A stretch of DNA of 64,000 nt, from sequence record OR413581.1. One strand, 5' to 3'. The translations under genes were made by a program, and so were the position numbers. Below the pieces are notes generated by a model that was given only the letters and a program-made list of their open reading frames with translations, was not told where the DNA came from and searched no databases. This document shows, in pieces, positions 35,401 through 45,640 of the stretch (the stretch's first letter is position 1; each line of letters starts with the position of its first letter).

Positions 35401-37621
35401 TACGCATACTCACGAAATAGTCACCGGAGGTAAGCACAGTACGGAGCAGATAAACCCGCTCGTTGCAAACGATCAAATCGTTTGTTGATGGATCAACAAC
35501 CCATGGAGCGGTTGTAATCACACCGGCCGCGTTACCATTTCGGTAATCGCCCAACTGAACTTTAACAACACGATGATGTTTTGCATGGTCAATGGTGCCG
35601 TCAAAGATGACCAGGTAGTACGCACCGTCACTGCCTAAGCAGATCATTGCATCTGTACCGGTAATCACAATAGCAACCAGATTCACCCCAGGATACGCCG
35701 ACATTCCAGCGGGTCGATAACGTACGGACGTCTGCTGCATATTTTCCAGCGTATTGCTTGGCGACACATCAGCATAGGCGTAATAGATAGCCCAGTCACC
35801 TGGTGGATTTCCGTTAGAACCGTTACGGAGCGAGTAAACCTTACCAGACTCGTAACGCGCCAAACCTTTCTGCCAGGTTTGGTTTTTGGTATACCCTTCG
35901 TAGTTCCCCTGGACTGGTATAGGCAAGAAGTTATTGTTGCCGTACGATGATCCGCCGACAGTCCACGCCGGTAATAACGTAGCAATCTTGTCATTCAGCG
36001 TGTCAATCTTCTGTTCAAGCAAGAAACCTTGGCGCGAAGTGACCATCTTATCCGAGGTAGTGTCGATTGCATCCCACAGTTTAGCCAAACCTGTAACAGA
36101 CGTGGATGCGTACGGCACGTTATCGAGATCTGCAATGGTGTGGGTGTGCGTTGTAAGCGCTTTGCCTGATAGCACGGTACGCAATGCGTTAGTAACAGGC
36201 TTTTCTAACGGTCCGGTATTGTCCATTTTCTCAATACCGAAATCTGCCGCGGTTAAGGTCAGATGCATCTGCCCGTTTGAATCTATTACAAACCCTTTAC
36301 CATTGACCGTATACGTGTCGTCCACATATCCGTCGAGTTTGTTCTTCAAGTCAGTAACAGCTTTTTGGGAAATCGCTGTGGACGCTGCAGCGGATGCCGA
36401 GAGGTTAGTAATCGCAAACAAACCCTGCACAGTTGTGGTTGCTGCAGGCAGCTCCGCATTCATGTAAACTTTGTTTGTTTCTTTACCAGAGCCGTAAATC
36501 TTCAACGTGTCGCTGGACTTGAAGTAGGCGTTTGCTGGAAGTATCTTCACCGAGGTCAAGTACATCTTAACCATATCCGGTGTAACGAGATACACGCTGT
36601 TATACACAGGTGCAAGCACACCTGCATCATAAGCGCCCCACTTGTCACCTGCTTTACCCGAGTGAACCCAAAGCGTGTTCAGGCCAGCACTGAACTCCGT
36701 AGCGATACCCGGTTCGTTGTTATCCTGGTCAGATTTTAATACCAGCGGTTTTGTCGAGGTGATGATGAACTTCTCACCTTTCATGCTGATAACGTGACCA
36801 GACGTTGTTTGGAACGTAATCGCGTCGTTATTCAGAACACGCATACGGCCCAGTAAATCACCCAGGGTATTATCCAGAAGCATGTCAACGTGTTTCTGTT
36901 GGATACCGCTGGTAGACATTAGCGTCACTAACTCTGCCAGTGTACGTCCAAACGCTTTAGTCGCATCCACGGCCTTACCGAGCACAGGGAGTGCGCCAAT
37001 GTCACCGCAGGTGTAACCATGTGCATTTTTAATCAGGTGGTGTTGATACATTTCGTCATCAAACACCTGTTTACCGTTCTGATAAATCAAATCGGTAACT
37101 TCGGCAAATGCCTCATCCAGTTCGTGGGCGCGCTCTAAAATACCCAGACGGATATCTTCCAACGCCTTTACGATTTCATCGCGAAGAATCGCTTCTTCGA
37201 GATCTTTTGGCGGGTCGATTGGCGAGATAATCGGTGGATATTTCATCAGCTCAGACCAATCGCAGTTGCGCGGGTCTTTCATATCCGTCTTAACCAGATA
37301 CTTGCCGATTTCAGAAGCAGGGATGCGATACTGTCGACCAACCGACAACAACTCGTATTCTACCTCTGTGGCGTTCAGCAGCATTATGCTGCCGTATATT
37401 GCATCGTTCTCAGCCTCGGCTAATTCCTGGAAGTAATGTCCTAAGAAATAATCAAGACCTTCTATTAACTTGCGTTTGGTTCCGGTTGTTTTATCGGTAA
37501 CGGTTAACGTTAACCCGATGCGATAGAACGGTGCTTCGACGGGAATGACCGTCGAATAACGGTTCGGGTAAGTAGCGGTACTGAGGGTACCGTTAAACTG
37601 CGCCGCATCTTCTCTCGGCAT
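32438..37621 (-). CDS. giant tail fibre protein (~1727 aa)
   Basis: AGGAG RBS before ATG 37621; APFY..G.DY N-domain, H..T..D.GA, HTH motifs. Confidence 0.8.
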   Translation of the reverse strand: MPREDAAQFNGTLSTATYPNRYSTVIPVEAPFYRIGLTLTVTDKTTGTKRKLIEGLDYFLGHYFQELAEAENDAIYGSIMLLNATEVEYELLSVGRQYRIPASEIGKYLVKTDMKDPRNCDWSELMKYPPIISPIDPPKDLEEAILRDEIVKALEDIRLGILERAHELDEAFAEVTDLIYQNGKQVFDDEMYQHHLIKNAHGYTCGDIGALPVLGKAVDATKAFGRTLAELVTLMSTSGIQQKHVDMLLDNTLGDLLGRMRVLNNDAITFQTTSGHVISMKGEKFIITSTKPLVLKSDQDNNEPGIATEFSAGLNTLWVHSGKAGDKWGAYDAGVLAPVYNSVYLVTPDMVKMYLTSVKILPANAYFKSSDTLKIYGSGKETNKVYMNAELPAATTTVQGLFAITNLSASAAASTAISQKAVTDLKNKLDGYVDDTYTVNGKGFVIDSNGQMHLTLTAADFGIEKMDNTGPLEKPVTNALRTVLSGKALTTHTHTIADLDNVPYASTSVTGLAKLWDAIDTTSDKMVTSRQGFLLEQKIDTLNDKIATLLPAWTVGGSSYGNNNFLPIPVQGNYEGYTKNQTWQKGLARYESGKVYSLRNGSNGNPPGDWAIYYAYADVSPSNTLENMQQTSVRYRPAGMSAYPGVNLVAIVITGTDAMICLGSDGAYYLVIFDGTIDHAKHHRVVKVQLGDYRNGNAAGVITTAPWVVDPSTNDLIVCNERVYLLRTVLTSGDYFVSMRSIALDELNPGGSNTFVADVLTGGMLTSGDNIYLRQGQKRSDTDVLVAPVTQIYADASAKWNSARNFVHGPECNHAIGVDGLNFRVGLTPTVWFASTTGQTINFKQWVSSFVVDCSSMTITLEGADRFPIVADLTTVRYNGGAEIGIPSRKWGEGQANNRTFATSQDKYIVSQGHAGDRDLMPYVTITTLDDGVSWYEYLSCDYNFTARSFSAVMLNQGRGSIYELGMAYPLTLGANSRLIWLSQPRTRLAIEVEFDPNTTYSGKAGYGPTNNRRLVDSLTYENLSQMCHIVTPTSPGTELNGWYCTGPETFPYHNVSGTFTIHADRLTLSQAEWDKMKQMIIDGAPAGAANGYASEYILAANNAGKALFSVWFIGIGTATPLTLAQVACTRTVNNVNLLDIYYFTLKPTISNGQVTFPAAILALFDFYNNLDYGLNYATLGEITGGKTRRPGQPTLVSVDGTQFGLYLPHTLTLRQIGDLGALNYGVGLTLSNGTWTRSSAPHGIGRMAPSHTPVSPAYLAHRDQVMLHNSSLDYVYCGGIAMSSSDFVAAPNFSGPTESVVIAGVETAEGWLVYVTEEVDLRFGSSTYRLPTWYIDLSAAFPTNHQNRTFYLYAKVENGTPKYVMDVIRHPDTETELYIGYVKTGTSRVVETNVEHAKRLGAVKQLLEHAAVENKHDVEVGRDAATGRLAPLRKEAMGPLSIDATKGYLDSQLLYTVSDAQRRGKAMVSKRFEGLKTLPAFTQANKSGAFWKHPTTIATVTADENGEAASLGMEWVGIPTPAFSPTSTNLMVVVQSKFVVPGTPGVETTFNVHVAPWEAVDGFFYNVEAEGTDVNIDENPEVLLPSPHTVHHKQHSLPAGVPCTFTFVAAVSSSALETANQHICSWLFTDAGGLPITTDLSDSKIQILPAAGETNGTPVVFNSRSYTFVDVAGAIPVVTTGAQGLFPPPIVAWDGDDLTLTIAHDWVNERGWQQANVIQVNLMFRT

Positions 37622-37716
37622 TGCAAACACTCCTAATCTGTAATAAAACGGAGACCGCCCTCCCAATAACGGAAGGGCGGTTTACCTACGGACTACCCGC
37701 CCGTAGGCAGTCCGTC

Positions 37717-40700
37717 CTAAGAGGCCCACTCACCCGAGTTGTTGCCTTCGTTTCTACGTTCAGTATCCAACGTTTGTAAAATCCAATCCCATGTCCTGGT
37801 GGGGATGTGGAATGGATTACGCTTCTCAATGAGAATCGTCTCGCCACCAGTGCGAAGTTCCACCGGTGTCGTTTCAGTAATCACGAACATCGGATTACCA
37901 CTACTGCCCACGCCATTAATAGTGAACTTCGCTTGCAGCGGCGGCACAGAACCTTCCGGAGGCACGAACACGATGTGAATTGGCTGCATCGGTTTCGTGC
38001 GGGCAAGAGTCCCAGATATCTGAACAGCTGTTGTCGATGCACTGAAAGGTATAACATTACCCGGAATTTTCTCACTACCCACGATGATATATCCAGGGTA
38101 GTTAGAGAGCATTGTCCCATTTACCGACACAAAACGCTCATTTTGAGTTGGGCGATAAGCCCGCATAAAGCCGTACTTCCATTCACCACCGTTAGACGTA
38201 TAGTCTGCAGGAGCCGACTCAAGTAGCGGAGCACCACGTTTCTGCAGCCCTTTGTAAAACGGTGCGGGGAGTTTACCGTTCGGTGCAAGTTCCGGATAAC
38301 CCTCACTTGCAGCAGACATCGTGATGTATTCCGTAACCGGGTTATCGACGTTATCTCCAAAGTTCGCGAACGTGACGGTTGATATCGACATCTCCTCATG
38401 CCCAGAAGACTGGCTGTCTGGAGAACGCTCAATATACGACTCAAATAGTGAGCGTAGATAATGGAAACGATTTAAATCTACTTCTGTTGTGGAGGGGTCC
38501 ATCAAACCGTGGTTGATTGTGACGCCTTCACCAGTTTCGATGCCAGTAACACTAATCGATAAAGCGCCACCTTTAAAATAATCAATCGCGTCAAACGGAA
38601 CGTCGTATTCTATCTCACGAACAGTTGCCGAAGCCTGGCCACCTATCTTACTAATCGTCGATATTCGCAGTATCTGCGTATCAACAATATAGCGATAACG
38701 AATAAGCCAGCGCGAACCAATGGCTGCGAACTCGCTAGCGATTGAAACCGGGAGATAGTCTAAACAGTCAGGCGACTGAACATCCACGCTCTTGATTACA
38801 CGAGGAGCATCAACCAGCGTATTAGTAACGCTGGATTGTGTGCTGGCAATTCTTCCGGTTGGTTTATCGTACGGCGCGGCAATAAAGCCACAATTTAAAC
38901 TGGTCTTGGAGTTACTCCACCGCAGGACTCTGGTTTTACCTTTCTCATCAGCAGAAGGGGCCATGAAGTTTAATGAAACTTCGACGTCCGAGGTTTTTGG
39001 GACTTCAGGATAATCAGTGTCGATTACCACCGAACCCTCGAATGTCGCCATTCCGTTTTCTTTCGGGTTGCTTGGTGTAAACCAGCAATACGGGGACGCG
39101 TTTTCAGTGGAAACAACCGCCGCAAGAAGAATCCTAAGCGAGGTGGCACTTACGAATTTATAATCAAATAACCCACGATCTAAACGAACGAGGTTATCCC
39201 CAGAAACAGACGGGTTAGTTGGATACGCATACAGCCATTGTTTAGGTAATGGATCAACCTTATTCAACGGCAGCATTTTCGGGTTATCCGTCAACGACCA
39301 GTCGGTGTTACTCACCCCGTGTGCTAGACGTGTTTCGAAGTGCCGTTTAAGTTCGGACGCCATGCCGAAGTCAAACGTCGTTTCAAACTCGTAAGTCGTG
39401 CCTGCAACCAATCCCGCGTCAGGGACATCGATGTGGCCGATATAGCCGCGTTCCAAGTTAATACCTTCCGTGTCCACAATAGGTTCGGCGCGCGAATATA
39501 ACGCATCGGTTATCATGTTCACATAGAGGTAATGCCTTAAACCGTTCGGCGTCTTAACAAACTCCTGCAGGCGGGCAACTTTGGTGTTTTTATCCGAGGC
39601 CCCAACCGCAAAGTCACCGTCGTAAATTGTGAAACGAATTGCGGCTGCTTTAGCGCTATCGTTACATTCTGCACGGAATGCTAAGCAGTGTTGCTTCCAC
39701 CCCTCTTTGACAGTCGCCTCCAGATACCCCGCTTCTGTAATACCCGCACCGATAATTTCACCGTCCAGATAAACAGAAACAGCACCACCGCCACGAACCC
39801 AAATCCGCAGCTTACCAGAGTCGCAACGAACCCACGTTTTCGCCAAGAGGTTAACGACCGACAAATCACCCATTCCGGTTGTCGTTAAACCAATCTGCGC
39901 ACCGTAGTTCGTTTCCGGGACGGCAACCTCAAACCCACTAAAATCAATACCGGCACCGGTATTAATTACCGCGTTCTGCCACGTTCTTTCCATACGGTTA
40001 TCTGGAGAGAACCACTGGAACATCGGTGTGGTTTGCAGGTCTATCGAACCAGATACCGTCCCCTCTTTACGTGCACCATTTAACAGATAGAAATAATTCA
40101 AATCCGTTACGGCGAGGGTGGTACGTGTAGATCCCACAGTCCAAGTCTTACCACGCACAGCGGCAAAATCGGTCACGGAATCCTCTTTCGCGTTTGCTAG
40201 CGCAGCTGCAACTACGTCTAAACGTTTTGACAAATCGTTCAGAACGTTCGGGGTAACGCCGCGATTATCCGACAAGCCGTTTAGGTTGGTAGAATATCGA
40301 GCGGTACCGGGAACTGTTTGAGAAGCCGTTGGGATCTGTAAATCGGCGAAGTTGTGATGGTGACCTTTATCACTAAGACCGGTAACTGCTTCTGCCAACG
40401 CATCAGAAAGTGGTTTATCGACGTCAGCTGTGTTATCAGCCAAGTCCAGACCCAAATCCTTTTTCGTTAGCGTTCGGCTACCAGTGTCCATCGGCTGGTT
40501 ATTCAGCAGCGTTGTCTTCCTGACGTACGAAGACAGGTCACCCTCGTACGGTAAGAGCGAAGCTGGGGTGACTGCTTGTCCCTTGACTACATCGCTCGGC
40601 TTATCAGTCAGCGTCACAACGCCGGGTTCAGAGGTCGTCGCGGGTTTGGCTGTGACCTTCCCGGTGACGGGATCGGCTTTTGACCCTTTACCCGTGAAAG

Positions 40701-41847
40701 TAATGCCGTTCACCCCGCTAATGTACAGTTTGTTGTCATCCGGGTCAACGGTACCACCGCCGGTACCAGGGTCTTGTTGATAGCCCATGAGAGCAGTTGT
40801 GGTCAGTAACGTCGTACCATTAAGCGTCAGCTTATCCATCCCCAAGGCACTGCCAGTCGACTCAATACGTAATGTATTGATGCCTGCTTTCCACTCCATA
40901 AACCGGACGGTTCCAGTAGTGTCGGCATACCCACACGCCAACACAACAGAGCCATTAGATTTAAGAGTGAATGCCTCAGCAGAGAACACAATTTCGGATT
41001 CACCAGCAGGAGAACGGAACAGGGCACGAGTACCGGATATCGTCGCATTAAACACCCCTTTGGATTCTTTCGATACCCATTTAGAAATGTACTTGTCGAT
41101 ATCCGATTGTTGCAGACCCAGTGCACGGACCTCGCTGGTTAACTGACGCAACGTCTTTCCATACGCCAGGAAAGTATCTGGCGTTTTCAGGTTGACAGGA
41201 TGCGCACCGGCCTGCGCCGCGGTAGTCCCATGAGGGTTAGTCGACGCAATGTGTCCGGGGTAGTTAAATGCGGCGATTTCAGTTCCTAAGCCCAAAACCG
41301 CATCTTTCAGCTCAGTAAGCTTTTCACGAATCTGCTCGTTGGCCGCCCCGGCATCTAACTCCACATCATGCACTGCAGAGGCAACATACTTTTTATTCAG
41401 CATGTCTGACCAAGCTACCGCTGCAGGGGTGGCTGGGTACAGGGAGGGTCGATTACCTAAAAGCAGCCAATCTGCAGCCGTTGGGTTGTTGAGTGCCTTA
41501 ATTAGCTCATCCAACATCTCAATCAAACCACTGTAAAACGTACCCCCAAGCATCTGGCCTTCAAAGACCACCGCACCACGCAGTTTAGGGTTAATAAGAT
41601 GCACCCCGCAAAATACCGGGGTCGTCACCGAGTCGTCCAACGGTGTTAAAGCATACTCCAGCTCATAGTCCGTCCCGCGGGTAAGCGGTATGGACGAGCC
41701 GGCGAGCCTTACCACCAATCCTTCGAAAAACGGGCGATGATCTAGCATCACCACCCGATCGTTAGGATTGTCGGAGTCGATGATACGTTCCTCGATGAAG
41801 TGACACTCAGGATTTACACCCCGAGGATCGTAAGGATACGTTTTCAT
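37717..41847 (-). CDS. giant tail fibre protein (1376 aa)
   Basis: YPYDPRG..PFF..G.DY; HIASTNPHGTT; DNTAD.DKP.S; HHH motif; paralogue of neighbours. Confidence 0.8.
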   Translation of the reverse strand: MKTYPYDPRGVNPECHFIEERIIDSDNPNDRVVMLDHRPFFEGLVVRLAGSSIPLTRGTDYELEYALTPLDDSVTTPVFCGVHLINPKLRGAVVFEGQMLGGTFYSGLIEMLDELIKALNNPTAADWLLLGNRPSLYPATPAAVAWSDMLNKKYVASAVHDVELDAGAANEQIREKLTELKDAVLGLGTEIAAFNYPGHIASTNPHGTTAAQAGAHPVNLKTPDTFLAYGKTLRQLTSEVRALGLQQSDIDKYISKWVSKESKGVFNATISGTRALFRSPAGESEIVFSAEAFTLKSNGSVVLACGYADTTGTVRFMEWKAGINTLRIESTGSALGMDKLTLNGTTLLTTTALMGYQQDPGTGGGTVDPDDNKLYISGVNGITFTGKGSKADPVTGKVTAKPATTSEPGVVTLTDKPSDVVKGQAVTPASLLPYEGDLSSYVRKTTLLNNQPMDTGSRTLTKKDLGLDLADNTADVDKPLSDALAEAVTGLSDKGHHHNFADLQIPTASQTVPGTARYSTNLNGLSDNRGVTPNVLNDLSKRLDVVAAALANAKEDSVTDFAAVRGKTWTVGSTRTTLAVTDLNYFYLLNGARKEGTVSGSIDLQTTPMFQWFSPDNRMERTWQNAVINTGAGIDFSGFEVAVPETNYGAQIGLTTTGMGDLSVVNLLAKTWVRCDSGKLRIWVRGGGAVSVYLDGEIIGAGITEAGYLEATVKEGWKQHCLAFRAECNDSAKAAAIRFTIYDGDFAVGASDKNTKVARLQEFVKTPNGLRHYLYVNMITDALYSRAEPIVDTEGINLERGYIGHIDVPDAGLVAGTTYEFETTFDFGMASELKRHFETRLAHGVSNTDWSLTDNPKMLPLNKVDPLPKQWLYAYPTNPSVSGDNLVRLDRGLFDYKFVSATSLRILLAAVVSTENASPYCWFTPSNPKENGMATFEGSVVIDTDYPEVPKTSDVEVSLNFMAPSADEKGKTRVLRWSNSKTSLNCGFIAAPYDKPTGRIASTQSSVTNTLVDAPRVIKSVDVQSPDCLDYLPVSIASEFAAIGSRWLIRYRYIVDTQILRISTISKIGGQASATVREIEYDVPFDAIDYFKGGALSISVTGIETGEGVTINHGLMDPSTTEVDLNRFHYLRSLFESYIERSPDSQSSGHEEMSISTVTFANFGDNVDNPVTEYITMSAASEGYPELAPNGKLPAPFYKGLQKRGAPLLESAPADYTSNGGEWKYGFMRAYRPTQNERFVSVNGTMLSNYPGYIIVGSEKIPGNVIPFSASTTAVQISGTLARTKPMQPIHIVFVPPEGSVPPLQAKFTINGVGSSGNPMFVITETTPVELRTGGETILIEKRNPFHIPTRTWDWILQTLDTERRNEGNNSGEWAS

Positions 41848-41859
41848 TCAAAAATCTCC

Positions 41860-44800
41860 TTAATCACGAATAATAAGTGTTCGAGCTGACGTGTTTTTCG
41901 GATTGAACGTCATCATCTTGGATGGGTGCGCCGCCGGTGGAATTTTACCTGTATCCACTGGTCGGAACGAACTGTATGAATAGTTGCACATCGCGCTGTT
42001 CATCTCATTAATCGTTGAACCTGCATCCACCACGCCAGTAAAGAATCTTGCGCGGTTTAAGCCGGAATAGTTAATCGCATAGTCAAGGAACGTGGCGTAA
42101 TAACGATTCTTCATCGGCATCGAATTCAGGTTAGCGTAAGTCAAACGCGCTTCTGTGTCGGAACTAAACAAACCACCCACGCCGTGATAAATCGGCGTAC
42201 TCGGATCGGTAATCAGTTTCGTCAAGTCGATATAGTCAGGACGGAGACGGGTAGACAAATCCTCAGTCCACGACTCGCCGGTCGACTGCAAGGTGTATTT
42301 CAGCGTCTTTGTTGTCGCGGTTAGCGTCAGCTCAAAGTTAATCGTTTTGGAATCGATGTTAATCGTTCCCACGAACGAAATACCGTCCGCTGTTCGCGTG
42401 TGGCTGAAACGCACCGATGGATTAAGTGCCGTCCAGTCATGGCCGGAACCAGTAACGCCGTTCAAGCCAATAACAACCTGCGCAGCACGTCCGTAGTTAA
42501 CCGCGATTCCCGCATACGTGCTCACGCCGCCTGGAGTGGTAATACGCCCTGCGGTGCGTGCGACGAGTACAGAAATACGGTGCATGAACGTGGCCGAGTG
42601 ATGGCAACACCCAATTACCGTTTCTAGCACACTGTCCGCTGTTGCGGTTAAAGGTGTCCACGTTGCGGTAATGCCGTTATTCTGGAACATCGGGAATGTG
42701 TTGTGGACAAAACGATAGTCGGTTACAGATAAACTGGTTGTTTTAAACGTCCATTTATCAGCAGCCGGATCGTAGTCCGCTTTCAACATAGGCGTATAGC
42801 TGCTAGCCTGCGCGTAACGCCAATCGGCATCTATACGTTTTGTACCCGGTGCGCCCGTGGACCACACAGGCCCGCCCGTACCGTAAGTAAATCCGAAATC
42901 AGCTTGCGTCATGCCCCGACGAATATGGGCGTTATCATCCTCGATATGCTCGCCTAATTCACGGAACTCACCTAAACGCGTCACGTTGCGGATTTCTACA
43001 AAAACCACACCGGTTTCACTGGTGATGATGGAACCTATTTTGGTCATCGTCTCAGTTTCTGCCGTGTTTGGATTTTCGTAGATAATGTACTTGCCATCAT
43101 CACCTGCTGCGTCAACATACACGCCAAACTCAGCATCTTCGTGCGTCGCTGGGAATAGCTCCGCCAAGTTAAATGTGGAGAGAGGTACTTTGTACTCGCG
43201 ACCAACGAAATAATCGTTCGCTTTAATAGTAACCATCCAGTCGGTGTAAGTGATGCCGTTTTCAATGATATCCGTGCCGGGTAAACCGTAGCGAATAATG
43301 TTGATTGAAGCACCAGAGTCGACTGTCTTCGCAACCTTCTCTATCTCTGTGATCGCGTCCGCCTGTCGGATAACCTCACCGCCGTCTAATGCCAGCGTGG
43401 CATCGTCAACCGCGGTGCCGAATTGTACTAAACCGAACTCCGTCGTTGTTGCACGCTTAATCCCGAGCGCAGCAGGAGTGTGTGTGTGACCGACGACTGC
43501 ATACTTGTCCAGCTCAGCTTGTTGGAGCGGGGAAATTGGCAATTGCACATCTGGGATGTTCTGTACGTTCGATAAGCCGAAGTTAGTTTTATCGATGTAA
43601 ATAGAACTCGTCAGTGGCATGTCGTTGATGTACGATTTAACCGCAACCAACTTGCCCGTAAACTGCTGATCCAGTTTCTTGATGAGTGCCGGCGTTGCGG
43701 CCAAGTCCTCACGATCACCGAATTCAGTAGCCAGCATCCGAACGGCCATCAAGCCGAGATCTGCGGATTCAGGTGGAACAAAAGTACAAATGAACGGAAC
43801 AGACTGAATACCGTTACCGTTAATGGTTACAGTAGCTGTGGATGTTCCGTAAAACAGCCCGTCGCCACCTGACTCGTTACCCGGCAGGTACGGCCCGACC
43901 GTAGTAGGGTCCAACAGTTTCTTACCGTTGAACTCCAATCCACGGGAATCCGGATAAAGGATAAGTTGGTTAGCCCCACCTTGCCATGTAATCGGGTTAT
44001 TCCCAGCGTTAACGGTTTGCGAATCACGTCCAATAAAACGGATAACCCTCGGGTCAACCGTAAACTGTGCGCCCACGCCATTAGACTCATCGGTGCCCAC
44101 TGCTGACGTTATTGAAGTCAGGCCAGGCTTCATGCCGAACGTGCCGTTAATAGACTGCGCCACGGTTGGTAAACGTAATAGCTTGTTCGCCAACGTCGAC
44201 AGTTTCGGCAACAGATTGTTAACGTAATCTGTCAGTTGCGGTTGTGTCTTTCCGTAAACCAGTGTCGCATCCGAAGCAATGCCGTTATTCTCCAAAGCAC
44301 GGATTGCGCCCCACGAATCGCGATGCGGGTTATCCTTGCGCGGCACGTGCGTGTGTGCCGGTGCATCACGGTACAATTTATCGACAATCTGGTGATATTT
44401 TACCAGCAGCTGGTACACGTCATTGTTAACGTCAGGCGACGGTGCGCCTGGTAATGAACGAATTTGGACGTAATCGTCCTCACCCGCCCACCAGTTTAGG
44501 TTGACGCTCGATTTAAACTTCAGCCATTTTGCGACATCGGTTTTCTGATACCCTGGTGCAAATTCGCTCGGTGGGTTGTCAACGTTAAAGCTGTAGTTGA
44601 CGGTTTGCTTGCTTGTTTTAACGGTGATGTCGTAAATGCCATTACCTTCGCGCCTGACCACGCTAAACTCAATCACACCCGCCAACTCGGTATCAGTCAG
44701 GCCGGTCGTCAACGTATAGCTGTAATTAGACGAACCAGAACCAATCGCCGTCGTTAAGGTAAGATAAATCGCGCGTTGCTTCAACTGAAGACGCAGGATA

Positions 44801-45573
44801 CTTGTCCCACCGTTTGCGTAACAGAGCATCCAATCGATCAACTCGCCTGGGTTTAACGTTGTTTCCGGTGGAATGCTCGGTAAACGGTGTTTTACCGCTA
44901 ACGAATACGCATTGAACGTCGTGTTCTGGTAAGATAACGAATAACGACGACGTTTCGCGTTATACGTGTAGCCGCCAGTACCGTCGTACGTCGCATACTG
45001 CTCGGATGTGATAAGCGTGACACCGGCGCGATATTGAAGGTCTAACGTGTTACGAGCAATCGGGTCAACGCGACTGATCGCTTCACCGAGCTTAGCACCA
45101 ACCGCAACAATGGCTTCCATCAACTCGGATTCGCCACGCCAGTTTTCCCAGTCGAACTTAATATCGACCGGTGGGAAATATAAATCCCCAATGACGTTAT
45201 CCCATTGGCAGTCTACGGGATAGCGATCTTTATTCGCTTCTCGTTCTGCGGCGATCATTTCTGCAGTGGCTTCACCGATGCCAATTGCGTGGTAATCGAG
45301 TGTAAAGCCACTCTGATATTTCGGGTTGGTAATCCACACACCACCATGACAAACATGGCCAGTGCGTGCCATACCCGTAACGTACGCGTGGGTGATGACG
45401 TAATCATCACCTAATGTTAATTTCTTGCCGCCACTCTTGACCACCAGGGATGTGGTATAAAAGGGGGCGTGTGCGGGGAACAGCATCCGGTACTTAGTAC
45501 CGATCGGCGTTACCGCTTCACCGGTCTGCATATTCCCCGGTTCTTGATAGTGCGGGTCAGGGACGACAGCCAT
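41860..45573 (-). CDS. giant tail fibre protein (1237 aa)
   Basis: APFY..L..G.DY; H..R.DNPH; GHTH; VTRLG..L.EH shared with 32438. Confidence 0.8.
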   Translation of the reverse strand: MAVVPDPHYQEPGNMQTGEAVTPIGTKYRMLFPAHAPFYTTSLVVKSGGKKLTLGDDYVITHAYVTGMARTGHVCHGGVWITNPKYQSGFTLDYHAIGIGEATAEMIAAEREANKDRYPVDCQWDNVIGDLYFPPVDIKFDWENWRGESELMEAIVAVGAKLGEAISRVDPIARNTLDLQYRAGVTLITSEQYATYDGTGGYTYNAKRRRYSLSYQNTTFNAYSLAVKHRLPSIPPETTLNPGELIDWMLCYANGGTSILRLQLKQRAIYLTLTTAIGSGSSNYSYTLTTGLTDTELAGVIEFSVVRREGNGIYDITVKTSKQTVNYSFNVDNPPSEFAPGYQKTDVAKWLKFKSSVNLNWWAGEDDYVQIRSLPGAPSPDVNNDVYQLLVKYHQIVDKLYRDAPAHTHVPRKDNPHRDSWGAIRALENNGIASDATLVYGKTQPQLTDYVNNLLPKLSTLANKLLRLPTVAQSINGTFGMKPGLTSITSAVGTDESNGVGAQFTVDPRVIRFIGRDSQTVNAGNNPITWQGGANQLILYPDSRGLEFNGKKLLDPTTVGPYLPGNESGGDGLFYGTSTATVTINGNGIQSVPFICTFVPPESADLGLMAVRMLATEFGDREDLAATPALIKKLDQQFTGKLVAVKSYINDMPLTSSIYIDKTNFGLSNVQNIPDVQLPISPLQQAELDKYAVVGHTHTPAALGIKRATTTEFGLVQFGTAVDDATLALDGGEVIRQADAITEIEKVAKTVDSGASINIIRYGLPGTDIIENGITYTDWMVTIKANDYFVGREYKVPLSTFNLAELFPATHEDAEFGVYVDAAGDDGKYIIYENPNTAETETMTKIGSIITSETGVVFVEIRNVTRLGEFRELGEHIEDDNAHIRRGMTQADFGFTYGTGGPVWSTGAPGTKRIDADWRYAQASSYTPMLKADYDPAADKWTFKTTSLSVTDYRFVHNTFPMFQNNGITATWTPLTATADSVLETVIGCCHHSATFMHRISVLVARTAGRITTPGGVSTYAGIAVNYGRAAQVVIGLNGVTGSGHDWTALNPSVRFSHTRTADGISFVGTINIDSKTINFELTLTATTKTLKYTLQSTGESWTEDLSTRLRPDYIDLTKLITDPSTPIYHGVGGLFSSDTEARLTYANLNSMPMKNRYYATFLDYAINYSGLNRARFFTGVVDAGSTINEMNSAMCNYSYSSFRPVDTGKIPPAAHPSKMMTFNPKNTSARTLIIRD

Positions 45574-45605
45574 TTTACACTCCTTTTCTCTGAGGGCGTC
45601 GAGTT

Positions 45606-45614
45606 CATACTATG
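45606..45614. promoter_or_regulatory. back-to-back putative late promoters (CATA-C-TATG)
   Basis: TATG on both strands in the 67-nt gap between divergent structural genes. Confidence 0.5.
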
Positions 45615-45640
45615 ACCCGAATCCTTAGAGGAAACAGCCA

